From: Fistulifera solaris
Lineage: Eukaryota
Assembly (NCBI GenBank): GCA_030295235.1
Contig: AP026179.1
Span: forward strand, 124,001-188,000
Direction of reading: 5' to 3'
Length of the DNA stretch: 64,000 nt
Part shown: positions 26,287 through 38,811 of the stretch, piece by piece
Layout of the letters: every line of letters begins with the position of its first letter
How positions within the stretch are numbered: position 1 is the stretch's first letter
The notes under the pieces: model-generated
What the model was told of the DNA's origin: nothing
What the model saw: the letters and a program-made list of their open reading frames with translations, nothing else
Databases searched by the model: none
Position numbers and translations under genes: made by a program

Positions 26287-27491
26287 ATGAAAGTATGGTT
26301 CCTCTACACCCTTTGGGGTGCGCTCTCTATTCTTGCTCAAGCTGATGACAATGTCATTCCCGATCAATACATTGTCCTCTTGGACGATCATTTCGACAAG
26401 ATTGTTACACGAATACGACTCTTTCTGTCCAACGAAAAACGACCGAAATTGCTCCGTGAATATCGGCAAGGTATCGTCGTTTCGGGATTGACGGGGAAGT
26501 TGCCGAGCGATGGGCTCGAGATCCGGCCGTTCTATCGATTGTGCCGGTAAGTTATGGTTGGTGCTGTTGGGTGAATGTTGGGAGAGACGAATGAATTACT
26601 CACACGCAAGTATAGGACATGAAATTCTTTGCTGCTTCTACGACACAATCCAATCCACCATCCTGGGGATTGGACCGAATTGATCAAGCCAGTCGTCGAC
26701 TCGACTCCAATTACACCTACGAATGGACGGGACTCGGTGTACAGGTATACATTTTGGATTCCGGTATTCAAGCCTCGCACGTGGATTTCGCCGACCGAGT
26801 CATCTGTGGATTAAGTACGATTCCGGATGGAGACTCGTGTGTGGATGGCTTCGGTCACGGGACGCATGTGGCGGGAATCGTGGGTGGAACGCAATACGGT
26901 GTCGCCAAAGAAGTGGATTTGGTCAGCGTCCAAGTCCTCAACGAAAACGGCGAAGGTTCCTTATCGGGCATGCTGCTCGCACTCGATTATGTCATGGACC
27001 AAAAGCGGCATCTCCGGACACACCCATGGTAATCAATTTTTCATTGAGTGGTTCGCACCATCCATTACTTGATGAAGCTATTGAACAAGTCGTGCAAGCG
27101 AATATAACTGTCGTGGCGGCCGCAGGCAATCACAATCAACCGGCGTGTGACTATTCTCCAGGATCCGCCGCCAGTGCCATTACGGTCGGAGCCACCAATA
27201 CATACGATTATCTGTTGTCGTTTTCCAATTACGGAGCGTGTGTCGACCTCCTGGCCCCGGGTGTTGACATAGTATCCGCTGATAGTCGATCCAATACCGG
27301 ACAACGGACCGAAACAGGCACCAGTCAAGCGGCACCGCACGTAGCCGGCGTGGCGGCACTCTATCTACAAACCCATCCTATGTGGACCCCCCGCGACAGT
27401 GCGAGAAGCCATACTGGAAAAGGCCGTCGATCGATTACAAGGCACGAGGATCGAAAATTCCACAACACTGATCTTGCAGACGCTGCTGTAA
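26287..27491 (+). CDS. Secreted subtilisin S8A protease (proteinase K/aqualysin-like) with I9 propeptide
   Basis: Signal peptide, VIPDQYIV, WGLDRIDQ, YILDSG (Asp), HGTHVAG (His), AAAGN, GTSQAAPHVAG (Ser). Intron 26547-26615; frameshifts near 26500, 27003 and 27390. Confidence 0.88.
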
Positions 27492-27903
27492 TTGTGCGGG
27501 GTTGAAGATGAAAATGTAAGGAACTAAATTAGTTGGTTGTACATAGTAAGCTCTGAACAAGCGTGTTGTTTTTGTATTTGCTTGGCGAAAAGAAAGACTA
27601 GAAATTGCTAGATGAAGAATCATTGGCGATGAAAAAGTGAAGGCTGCGGTCGAGGTCTTCACGAGTCAGTCATGAGTGTCTGAAATCACGGCTCGGAAGG
27701 ACGATCTTACGGGTCATCCGGTCCTAGTTTTTGTGATTATTATAAAGTACCCTTAATGACTCTTTTGACTGTACAAGAATGAGTGCAGAAATGTCTTCAA
27801 GTGCCCCAATAAGTGAAAGGTCATCATTCGTTCATTCATTTACATCGTATACCAAACACAAGCCCACATGATCATTCTCCATTGTCTTTCATCCTTCATT
27901 ACC

Positions 27904-28344
27904 ATGCGCCTTTTATCCTTCCTTCCTCTATTCCTTAGCACAAGTAGGGCACTGGAATGCAATATTTGCGGTCCCGGCAATCGCATGACCGAACAACTCG
28001 GTGTTGTAACACTCGAATACGAAGGAGCACAATACAAACAAAATTGTGAAAAATGGCAAGACTCTCTCATGATTAGCGAAGAATGGTGTGAACAATACAT
28101 GGTCGAATACACGTACGATATTTGTAAATGTGTGTTACCGGATGGTACGTTGCTCAAAGACAGTATTGTCTTTCCGACAGCGAGTCCGGCACCGACGTTT
28201 GCCGATCCTTTGGACAACAGTCCTTCCGGTGGGGATGTGCAGCCGGTTTCGTTGAATTCAACAAACGGTGGAGAAGAATCTTCGTCGTGGTCTCGACCGC
28301 GAGAGTCGGTGGTGTTCGGCATGATGGCCGGACTCGTAATTTGA
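27904..28344 (+). CDS. Small secreted Cys-rich protein, possibly GPI-anchored
   Basis: Signal peptide, six Cys (CNICG, C, C, CKC), PTASPAPT linker, Ser-rich stretch and hydrophobic C-terminus. Confidence 0.65.
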   Translation: MRLLSFLPLFLSTSRALECNICGPGNRMTEQLGVVTLEYEGAQYKQNCEKWQDSLMISEEWCEQYMVEYTYDICKCVLPDGTLLKDSIVFPTASPAPTFADPLDNSPSGGDVQPVSLNSTNGGEESSSWSRPRESVVFGMMAGLVI

Positions 28345-28698
28345 CAATGGTGTGAGCATGATTTAAAGTTGAAATAAAGTCTCGAAAAACATGTTCTTAT
28401 CCAGCAGGATCTTTTGATGAGAGATTGAAATAGACACAATCATATAAATGAATTGGTTGTTATGTTCAAGTCATTGTAGAATAGGTCTTTTGGTTCGCTT
28501 TTCAACTATTCTGTTCAGAGCGAAAACTGACTCCGCCTTGCCCGAAAAGAAGAGCAAGACGAAGTAGTGATCCCTTCAAATGCGTAATCATGAGTCCAGG
28601 GCGTATCCTATCGATTTTCCGGTCAACAGTTGTCACTAGATATTTGTAATTCGAGACTGTTACACATTATGCTTTCTTTTCTGCAAAAACAATTTCTT

Positions 28699-29580
28699 TC
28701 AAATGGACGAGTCAAACGACAACTTATGCAACATCACCGGTCCCGGTTCTAAACTCACACAAGCCAACAGTGGACCATGGAAGGCGACTTCTTCCACCGG
28801 TTTGCTCGGTATAGTGCCGACGAGTTGGGTTCCTTGAAAGACATCGATACCGGGATCCGGTCCCGCCACCGCCACTCGGCCGTTCGAGCCGGCAATGGAC
28901 GAAATGTACTTGATCCGTCGGGGCGGCTGTTGTTGGGTTGTAGCACTACTTTGGATGCAGGTCATGGTGGGGGCATCCCAGAACAGGACCGTCGCATCGG
29001 CTCCTCCCGTGACCAAGTGATCTGTCGCCGCATATGCCGCATAAATGCCTCCCGCATGCGCCGCAAGCTGCCACACTTTATCAAAGGATGGTGTAGTACT
29101 CCATACGTGCAACCTGCCTCGATCATCGCCCATGATGAGATAGTTTTGATGCCACACCACACATTCGGCACCATGATCGGGTATCTGTAAGAGCGGTGCC
29201 GATTGCTTCCGGGTATCGTAGACATAGAGTTGACGAGATCGATCCGTTACTGCCAAATACTTGTCGTGCCATTCCATCGATCGGGCCGGTGTGGGGATCG
29301 GTAGTTCCGCCGTCGGTGTAGTGGGAGTCCGGATATCCCACAATTGCAGGGACGTCGAGGCAGTGGCTAGTAGTAGAAGACTGTGAGACGAAGACGCAAA
29401 ACGCACTTTGCGAACGGATGCCGCACACGACAGTGTCGTCGTCTCGATGCCTTCCAGTGTAGAAAGACGCGTTTTACTGTCGTGACATCCGACCGCCCAC
29501 TGATGATGTTTCTCGGAACAATCAATACTCGAATGCAACAATCGTGCGGAACCCATTTCGGTCGATTGTGTGACTTGCAT
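28699..29580 (-). CDS. WD40-repeat protein (possibly THOC3/Tex1-like); 5' exon uncertain
   Basis: LQLWDIR, LYVYDTR, LHVWS, AAHAGGIYA..LVTGGADATVLFWD repeats. Confidence 0.7.
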   Translation of the reverse strand: MQVTQSTEMGSARLLHSSIDCSEKHHQWAVGCHDSKTRLSTLEGIETTTLSCAASVRKVRFASSSHSLLLLATASTSLQLWDIRTPTTPTAELPIPTPARSMEWHDKYLAVTDRSRQLYVYDTRKQSAPLLQIPDHGAECVVWHQNYLIMGDDRGRLHVWSTTPSFDKVWQLAAHAGGIYAAYAATDHLVTGGADATVLFWDAPTMTCIQSSATTQQQPPRRIKYISSIAGSNGRVAVAGPDPGIDVFQGTQLVGTIPSKPVEEVAFHGPLLACVSLEPGPVMLHKLSFDSSI

Positions 29581-30033
29581 GTGTTACGGAGTATTTGGTA
29601 TGGGAAGACAGCAAAGAAAGAGAAACGAGTGGTCAATGGCTTGATGTATACGTAGTATTATTTAATTGTGTGAAGGAATATTATCATCAACGGTGGTGTA
29701 CCAAAGGCCATACATGTACTCCGTAGTACTGTACAAAAGTAGAGAGAAGAGAAGCGGCGGAGGTCCGTGCTTCTGTCTTCTCTGTCATTGTCTGGAATGT
29801 TTGTCCAAGAAGGAGACAAAGGGAAACAACCAAGTACTGGTACGACGGAAACATAATCTGGCACAAATCCTTGTTTTTGTTTTCTTGGAAAACGAATTTT
29901 TACCACCATGACAACAGGAGACGCGACGCGACGAGACGACGACGACGACGACGATCAAGTTAGAAAAGAGAGACCCTTCCCTCAATAACAATCTCATCAC
30001 TTTCTTTTGACTATCACCAATCACCACACAAGC

Positions 30034-31372
30034 ATGAGAGGAAATCAAATAATAATGATCAGTGATCGAGAATTCGATCAACGCGTCAAACAAGTCATTC
30101 GGAGTCACTTTAACATGATTTCCAGTTCGGCCGATCATCAACAATCGGAAGAAGCGTATCATACGGGACAATTTCAATTACCAAATCCCGCCGGTAAAGC
30201 CGGTGGTGCTTGTACTTCGGCATTTTTACAAGCCATGTACCAGACAGGAGAAGGCGCGAATTGGGTCGAGACCTTACAAGAAATGCAGAACGTTTTGCAA
30301 GGGATGGGTTACGCGCAAACTCCGCAATTGACGAGTAGTCGACTCATCGATATTCAGAAACCGTTGCAAATTGTTCCACCCGGATCCGGACGACGACGCG
30401 CTTTATTGATTGGGATCAATTACGTCGGTCAAGAAGGACAATTGACGGCGTGTCACAATGATGTACACAATATTCGGGAATTCTTGACCGAAGTTTACGG
30501 TTTCAAGGATAGTGAAATGCTCATTCTCATGGACGATGCCCGTCATCATCCTCCAACACGACGGAATATTGAAGATGCCATGATTCGACTAACACGCTAT
30601 TCGCAACCGAATGATGTGGCCTTTGTCAGTTTCAGTGGGCACGGTGGGAACACTCGAGATACGAGTGGTGATGAAGCGGATGGAATGGACGAAACGTACG
30701 TGTGTTTTGTACAAAGCTAGAAAGGTATTCAACGACTGTTTCATGTTTTCATTGACAAAAATTTACTCTTTTTTGGCACACAGACTGATTCCAGTGGATT
30801 TCAAAACGCAAGGACACATTGTGGATGGTAAGTCGACTTTCCGGGTTGTCGCTCACTGAAAAACAAAATACACTCAACAACATCGTTTTGTATATCAAAA
30901 TATAGACGACATTTTACGATTACTGGTGAAACCCATGATGAATGATGTGCACGTCACAGTTTTGATGGATTGTTGTCATTCAGGGACCGTCTTCGATTTA
31001 CCCTACACATTTGGTGCCAACGATACGTGTGTGCGACGGGAATCGGGATTCAATTTGGATCAAGTTCATGAATCGCAGCTCACGGTCGGTAGTTATCATG
31101 CTCCGGGAACCATTCTCAGTAGTTGGAGTCTGCATGGAGAAACGAAAATTCCAAAAGAAGAAAAGAAGAGTCCGAAAAAGTCCAAGAAGAAGAAGAAAGC
31201 CGCCACCTTTCAGCCGAAAAAGAAGAAAAAGGACAAGACGAAGGTGGAAGAGAACGAACAGCAGGAGGTCGGACCCAAAATGGTGGGAGGACAAGCAGCA
31301 CTACCCGTTCGTCGCGCCAGTAAGAAAAGTGCGGCGCCCGCGCCGGGTGATAAAAAATGTGCCATTATGTAG
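30034..31372 (+). CDS. Type III (p10-before-p20) metacaspase with C-terminal polybasic region and CaaX motif
   Basis: p10 segment ([19 protein letters not shown]) precedes p20 ([15 protein letters not shown] His, MDCCHSG Cys). Introns 30696-30783 and 30828-30905 splice in frame. Ends KKCAIM*. Confidence 0.9.
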
Positions 31373-31663
31373 TTGCTAACAAAGGATAACATTTCGAATG
31401 ATTTCCACTACGACGATTACCGACCGAATGTAAGATACTCGCGAGAGCATTGAAAATGAACAAGTGGCTATTAGCTAGAGTAACAGTAGATGTACGTTTA
31501 GATTCGTAGCGTGCAAATCTATTTACAAGTCTCTACTAACAAAAAGGGTGGCCTTTCCCACGATTGACAATAGCGTCCAACAAATAAGCCACGAAGACAA
31601 ATGATAACACACCATTGCCTTCGCTACAACCGAAAACTAATGTTCTTTTGGTGCCGAGAATGG

Positions 31664-32298
31664 TCAGTAGGTTTTCTTTCTGTCACGGGTATCTCTCATC
31701 GTAAAAGCAACCTTTTCAAGAGCCACTTCTTCGTCAACACAGTACCAGGTTGTATCTCCTACTCTTCGTTTTAAAAAGCGCCCACCCTTTTGCCAATTTC
31801 ATCAATAATTCTCTTTTTGACGACAGTTTTCACCTCACGGTCTCCCGTTTCGTACTCATACCGATGTGTGTCACAGAGCGCTCGAAGATGAACATTCCCT
31901 GGATGAAATCTTTGAGCATCACGACGTCCAAACAAGACATCGGCGTCAAGTGGCTCTACTATGTCCAAGGATCTTTGCTTCTTTCGCTTACTGTCACCAT
32001 CCGAGTCCAGCGGTTGGGTGGAACTCTGTGAATTGTGCTCTCTCTTTTTCGTTTCACTTGCTGCTAGATTCCGAGCCTCCACAGACTCCGTGTACCGCTT
32101 TAACACTTCTTGAATCAGCTTCTTATCTGCATTGTCTGAATCGTCACAAGGTTTCGTCAATGACACTGATTGAGATTCAATGTTGGAAGATTGTACTTCT
32201 ACTGCATTTTGTCCATTCGAGATGCTGGCCAGTCCACCGCTCTCAAGAGGCTTTATCGATTTCTCGTCGCCGGTTACTTTCCTTGTTTCGTCCTCCAT
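31664..32298 (-). CDS. DUF6824-like domain protein
   Basis: DVLFGRRDAQRFHPGN..LR, then after a frameshift near 31785 GRFLKR..W..VDEEVALEKVAFTMRD. Confidence 0.72.
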
Positions 32299-34814
32299 GT
32301 CAAGAGATTTCGATGCAAATAAGTGCGGGAACAAAAGAATGGATTCGGTTATTGGCGTTGGAAAATCGCGACTTTACGAATTGCTGTCATCAATCCTCTC
32401 TCTCTCTCCATGAAGCTCGTGTCTATGAGCAGACCAGTGAAAAGAGGTAGCGGACGCTGGCGACTGCACGCAGGAGCTCGCAGCTCGATATTGTTTGTTA
32501 CATTGTACAAAGTAGTACTACTCCCTTGTCCTTTTGTCATCTGAGAGCAACAGAGAAGGGAATCCGTGCCCTGTGTCATCCACAAAGTACTAAGCTTCCG
32601 AAACAACTCCGTTGAGCGTTGGACGTTGGGCCCTTCAGATAGAGACTGAACCACGAAAATCGAAAGATGCTTTTCAACTGTACAAGCGAGAAATCTGTCC
32701 GGAGTCCACTGTGAGTAACTTTTAAAGTCAATGTGAAATTGACTGGAACAGTGAAGAAAATTTCTACAAACTGGCTGCCCAATCGTATTCGTTCTTCCCG
32801 GCTATTCACTATTGCCCCCTCCTATTACGAAAGAAGTATCTGTTTTGGGTTGGGCTCGCCGGGCGCTCTTGAATTTTTTCTGGCTTAAAAGACAAAGAAC
32901 GAAAACATTCGATCGATTGTCCTTCCACCAGAAACGTGAATTTGAGAATATGATCCGATGATCGAAGAATATCGAATTCACCGCTCGGGTCATTTGTTCA
33001 GTAGGTGGTACCAGTTCCGGTACTTGGCACAGTACTTTTTCACTTCACGGTTCGCGGAATTGGTCCTTGATTCTAGAACGGAGGGCTTACTTGTACAGCT
33101 GTTTGCACAATGGCCCAGACTTCATGTAGGCTCCGCAGAAGCCTACCACAACGGAGTTGAGTCACGGTCCGACTACTCCACCGCCCTACTCCTATCGCGA
33201 CAAATCTCGTGTTGTTTTCGAGAATGCCGATCCTATCATTACATTGCTAATAACACTTGCAGACTGCTTTAGTCAGGCACGATCAACACACATATTGTTC
33301 CTTTTTTATTTAGCGTCGATTGGTATATATATCGTGCCTGACTCGCAACATTTCGGTTCTCAAAACTGTCGGTGAAAATTGGCACACGTTTGTGTGCAGT
33401 GATGACTCGCGGGCTATCAAGACAAATGGATTTGTGGAGAGCATTTCCTTCAGACCTTGAAAGATCATCACCCAGCACTCAAAGAGAGCTTGGTTCAACA
33501 AAATTGACACGATCATTGTTGAAGAAAGCCATTCCAATCATGAAATCGATGATGAAAACGGAAGTGACGATATGGACAAGTTGCCGTCAGAGGGCGAAAT
33601 AGAGGATGAAACAGACTAAACAGCGCTGGATCGCTTCAGCGCTCATGGCAGGGTACTAATTTCATGTAATTTCAACTTACTTTATCAAGAAATTCGCTTT
33701 AAGATGCAGCAACATGAACAAGAATGGTAATGAGGGCATGTTGCAAGTTGCAAGAAGGGAGCGAGATTTTGCGCGAAACGGTGCGTGCCTGTCGGTCGTG
33801 TGACGATGCGTGACTGACCCGGGACTGAAATGAAACCGACCATTTGTTCAAAAAAAGGTAGGTTTAAAAAGAATTGATGACAAGAAATTGCTGTCAAAAA
33901 TGATTAGTATCAGTATGATCAAATTTATTTTCTGAAAAAGATGCTTTTTCAGTCAAATCATAGTTTTTCGTGAAGTAGACTTAGCTCCTACGCGAAAATG
34001 GCACGTAGATTTTGTACGATCCGGTACATTTTCTACGAAAGTTACATAGGTCAGTGACCGGAAGCAAACAGCTGTACCCGTAAAGGCATTTCTCATCTCT
34101 TGTAGCTAGACAGCGAGAGAGAGGAGAGAGGGCGATTGCAAATTGCAAAGTTAGGTAGAGTTAGATCAAGATGAAGAGCGACCAATAAAAACGATGATTT
34201 TGTACTGCGTGTGGGACGGTCAGCCGGAGCCGGCAGGGACTTGCACTGGTACAAGTCCATTCAGGGGTCAGTTAAGAGGTCAAGAGCAACAATAAACGAT
34301 ACAAAAATACAAAATACCTTTTCTCCGCTTTTTGGCGGTCGCGATGACATGTTTTATTCGCTGCGCGGGACCGTATCAAGTACCGGTTTGGCTAAGCTTG
34401 TAGGCCGAATGCGGTATGCCGATACGTTCAGGTCCAGGGTCTATGAATGTCGCTTAGCCAAAAACTCATCACTCATCAGTCATCAGAGATCAATAAGCGT
34501 TTGCAACAAGGTATTTCCCGTCTTCAACGTCTGCATTCAAGATTGCAGACGAAAGAATCATATCAACCAGAGATAGAAGGCGAAGGCATACAGAAGGCAG
34601 TATTAATTAACAAAACTTGTACTGCTCACAACTTTTCCGTCACTACACCATGTACACCTCGTAGAAAATGTACCGGAGAGTCCACAAAAATTTCTACTGT
34701 ATTATTTTACGTACAAATTTCCTTTTTTCATGCACATTTTTATCTTTCATGAAAACTTCGAACGAAAAAAATAATTACATAGATAGATTCAAAATTTTAA
34801 AAGCTACAAAATAT

Positions 34815-35379
34815 GTTTTCTTGACCTTTGGTGCAGTGCCTTCTCGAGTCAAAACAGGGAGAACATCCTGCATTGTGCTCAAGCTCTAGCCAAATTCCAA
34901 GCAACTGCTGGCGTGTCATCATCATTGAGGGCAAGGAGCTGGCCCAGGTACTTAAACACGTCCACTTGCTTGAGTAGCTGCCGGTGCACCCATGTGTCAC
35001 CCAAAAGGGTCAGCCATAGTAGCCCGCCCTGGCGAAGCACCACCGTGCCCCTCCCAGGATGGCCCGTGAACGTATGTCCCTTGTCAAGGGTGTCGTATGC
35101 CTTCCATAGATCCAAAAAAACCACAAAAATTGCCATCTGCTCAACCAAAGCAAGTTGCTGGGTAAGCTTTGCCTTGCCGGTGGCGGTCCCAGTGCCTTGA
35201 TGGGCCCGGAAGCCATGAAGGGAATCATGGAATTGGAGTTTGGCCTTCATTCTCTTGTTGATGATGGAAGTTATCATTTTCCACACTGCTTCAAGGAGGC
35301 CAATCCCACAAACTCCCCCATCTGGTTTGGGAGGCACACCACGCCACGTAGTACCAGTGTCACAAGAGAGTCCCAACAA
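34815..35379 (-). mobile_element. Degenerate non-LTR retrotransposon reverse transcriptase fragment
   Basis: PKPDGGVCGIGLLEAVWK, FHDSLHGFR, FLDLWKAYD, FKYLG and LTREG remnants. Internal deletions remove the YADD region; in-frame stop present. Confidence 0.85.
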
Positions 35380-36066
35380 CTAGTAACCGACAATCACTTC
35401 TTCTAATTGTCCTTTTTAATGGGGACCCCAAAGGCACTAGCAAATAATAGTATTGGGCCATGTCGCGCGCTCTTTTGCCTCTGTGTTGTTTGTTGTCTTA
35501 TGTCGTTTCTTGTCTTTACCCATGCACCATGCAGGCAAATTATGGGATGATTTGGCTCTTCTTCGCGTGTTTTGATCATTCTAGAGTATGACGTCATCCT
35601 GTCTTTCTTTTCGGTTCTTCGGTTCGCGTACCCTGTTGCGCACGTCACACCCTGGACCTACCAGTACTGATGTATAGAATGCATTGTAGTAAGCAAAACC
35701 CTGTCTATGAGCTGCGGCTGCGAAACTTCGCCTTGACGACTCACTCGCGCGCTTGACACTCACGTCAATCCGCCCTTGAGAAAAAAAGTTCGGGCGGTTT
35801 CGCATTTCCTTTGATCCAAAAGGAACAGGAAGAGGAGTTCTAAAAGGGATTCAACCTGTCTTCTTATTGAGGATTAATGCTTATAATTATCATCTAAACA
35901 CGGAAGCAATTCTTTGCTTTTGAAACGCTAATTGAGAAAAGAACGCGTATCCTTTGATAAATTTGATATTTGTTGACGTTGTGGTTGTTCTTTCCAAATA
36001 TCACACTAAGGAACGGCGCATTTTGCTCTTCGATTTCTCACTTTATTTTTCAGACTACACAACAAA

Positions 36067-38348
36067 ATGATATCTTTATCTCACAAACGACATGTGGAAG
36101 GCCAAATGAAACGCACAGATCATCGAAAAAGTATTCACATTCTCGTCATGGGAGACGGTGCGTATTCGTTCGAGTTGCGGTGTATTCTTTCTCGAGAAAC
36201 GCACCTCTTTGCTGAGCATTGCTTCTTTTTCCTTATACAGCCATGGTCGGGAAATCGTCACTCATATCGACGTTCGTTTCGCGCGTCTTCTCTCCCGAGG
36301 TGCCGGGGATCATGACCCGCGTGCAGTTACCTCCCGATCCGGGTATGTTGTGTACGACTACTATCATTGATTCGCAAGAAGCCGACGTGGCGCTCATGGA
36401 AGCTTTGGCGACGCGCGGGGATCATTCCTTGACATCCCTAAAGTCTACGACTTCTTCCGCACCCAGTATTGATCACGTCGATTCCATTGTTCTCGTATAC
36501 GATCTCCCTCGTGCGGAGACCTTTCGTCGCATTGAGCAGCATTGGTTGCCTTTGATTCAGCAGTATTATCAAGGAAAAGTACGTAATCAAAATGAATGAT
36601 TGGAAAGATAAAGTGATTGTTGGTTGTCGATTCAGCTTACTCACTGAACTTCGTTCTCCCAGATTCCTGTTATTATCGCGGAAAACAAAATGGATCTATT
36701 TGATTCGAATCTACTCCCTCAAAAACGACAAGAAATTATTTCACTCATGCAAAATTTTCCCTTTGTTCGACAATGCATTAAATGTAGTGCGCAGACCATG
36801 ACACGGGTGGATGATGTATGGTTGAAAGCACAGGAAGCCGTTCTTTATCCCCTTACATTGTATGATCTAGAAAAGGGCGCTCTCACGGGAGATTGTCAAA
36901 AGGCATTGGGTCGTATTTTTCGCATGTACGATCGGGATGGTGATGGCTTGTTAAGTGATGTGGAAATTGATCGGTTCCAGCGCGAGACTTTTCCTGTTCC
37001 CATGTTTTCCGATCTCGGTATGTTGAAAAGAGTGTTGCTCGGCATGTTGAGCATGCGCTTGACCAAAACAAATTTACGCCATCAGGCTTTGTGGCCCTCT
37101 TTGATGAACTGATCAATCAGAATCGTCTGAATATGGTGTGGAAAGCTCTTCGACATTTTGGATACGATGATAATCTGCAGCTTGACATACCACCCGATTT
37201 GCCGATTACCAAGCGTTTATCTCCGCACGCCAAGCGTTTTTTGACGGCACTCTTTCAGCAATTCGATACCAACCATGATGGTGTGCTTTCGGGGGACGAT
37301 TTATGGCTCATATTTTCGATTCTACCCAATCCAAGCTTGCCGCCGTGGCATCGACAAAGAGATTTGTTCCTTGAATGCTTTTCGAGCTTTGTCATGAGAG
37401 ATTCGCCCAGTAATAGCTCCGAAAGTTATGCAACACCTTCCGTAAAGGATCCTCAGCTCATTGTCCCAGAAGGTGAAATGGCGCAAAGCTTATCCAACAG
37501 TGGCTTGAGTCTACTCAGCACATCGGGTTCGCTACCGTCGCTTGATTTTTACACAGCAGTCGCTATCGTATTGGGAGTGGATGGGATGTTGGCATACTAT
37601 GCACACAATATCGCCGGAAATCACTTCCGCCGAATTGTACCGTTTGGGTTTTCTGGAAAGCAAGCGCCCTGTTAAAATAAAAGACAAGGTGGTGAAATCA
37701 CAGCAGCTCCGTATTATGGTATTCGGTGATACAAAATCGAAAGTAACTATATTACAGCGCCTGTGTGGTGCGTATTTCGACGCGAATCGACCCGAAACAA
37801 GCCATACGTATTGCTCACTGAAAAGATTCAACGGTGAGGAGCTCATGGTGCATCTGATTTTCACGTGTATTCCATCCGACGTCTCTGTAACACCGGGTTT
37901 GGTGGATTTTGATTTGGCTATGCTTGTTTTCGACGAAGAACCGTCCTCTTGGCTGTATCTGCAAAAGTTGCCCGCTGTGACGAACGAAACGCGTCGCGTG
38001 TATGTTACATCTTCCGAAAAGGAATTGCGGGAAGCCCAGGAGTATTGTCAAAAGATAGACGTGGAACCTCCACTCCAAGCGGACGCGTTGGACAGAGAAG
38101 ACATTTTACAGCATATTGCCCGTTGCGGTGTGTCAGGATACGACCTGCAACCGAAAAAGCTGCGTTCTCTTCCTTTCGAAGAACAAAAACGAAGAGAGGC
38201 CGCAAGACGGCGCACCATGTTATGGTTGGGCGGTATTGTGGGGGTAGGAGTTGTGGTGGTCGTTGGTGTACGATTTTTCATTAAACAAAAAGACCGTGCC
38301 GGTTCGTTGTGGTTGTGGCTACGTCCACGCGTCCCCATCGCATCCTAA
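36067..38348 (+). CDS. MIRO: Mitochondrial Rho GTPase Miro/Gem1
   Basis: N-terminal GTPase (ILVMGDAMVGKSS, NKMD), EF hands (DRDGDGLLSDVE, DTNHDGVLSGDD), LRHFGYDDNL, C-terminal TM anchor. Introns 36158-36240 and 36579-36662; frameshifts near 37040-37090 and 37556. Confidence 0.9.
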
Positions 38349-38811
38349 TATACTATAAAATAATGATTGCGTGATATCCGAATAGCGAAGACATTTTGTA
38401 GTATTTGTCGTCTCGTAGCGTGTAATAAATAAATGATCGTTCGAAAAGTGAGTAGGGATGACTGGATAAGAGATAAGGATAGGCTTTTTAACGCTTTTAA
38501 CGGTATTCCTACATGATATAAGATACCAAAGTTTGTCGACGTTTTATACATACTTTAAACTTTCAAATCTTCGATAAAAATGTGCGCCGATGCAATATTT
38601 TGTTCCGTTTCGTACGAAAAGCGTCGACGAATAAATCCAGCTGGATGATATCTATGATTGTCATGATGCAAATTTTCTTTTGTTGGTGAATGTGTCCGAT
38701 AGACTTTATGCACCCATGAGATTCGCGAAGAGCAGATATACCCAGAAGCCGGCGTCGAGAGCTGCAGCGAACCACAAAACGAAGTAAAGCATAGAGTGTT
38801 TACTTCGAAGA

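Noticed and set aside
27840..28439. 199-aa minus-strand ORF, and the similar 9868-10590 ORF
   Set aside because: Antisense to better-supported plus-strand genes.
33109..33620. Possible small gene with an acidic C-terminus
   Set aside because: Frames are broken by stops and no motif supports it.
33874..33935. Possible C/D snoRNA (TGATGA...CTGA)
   Set aside because: AT-rich context, no recognisable rRNA guide or convincing terminal stem.
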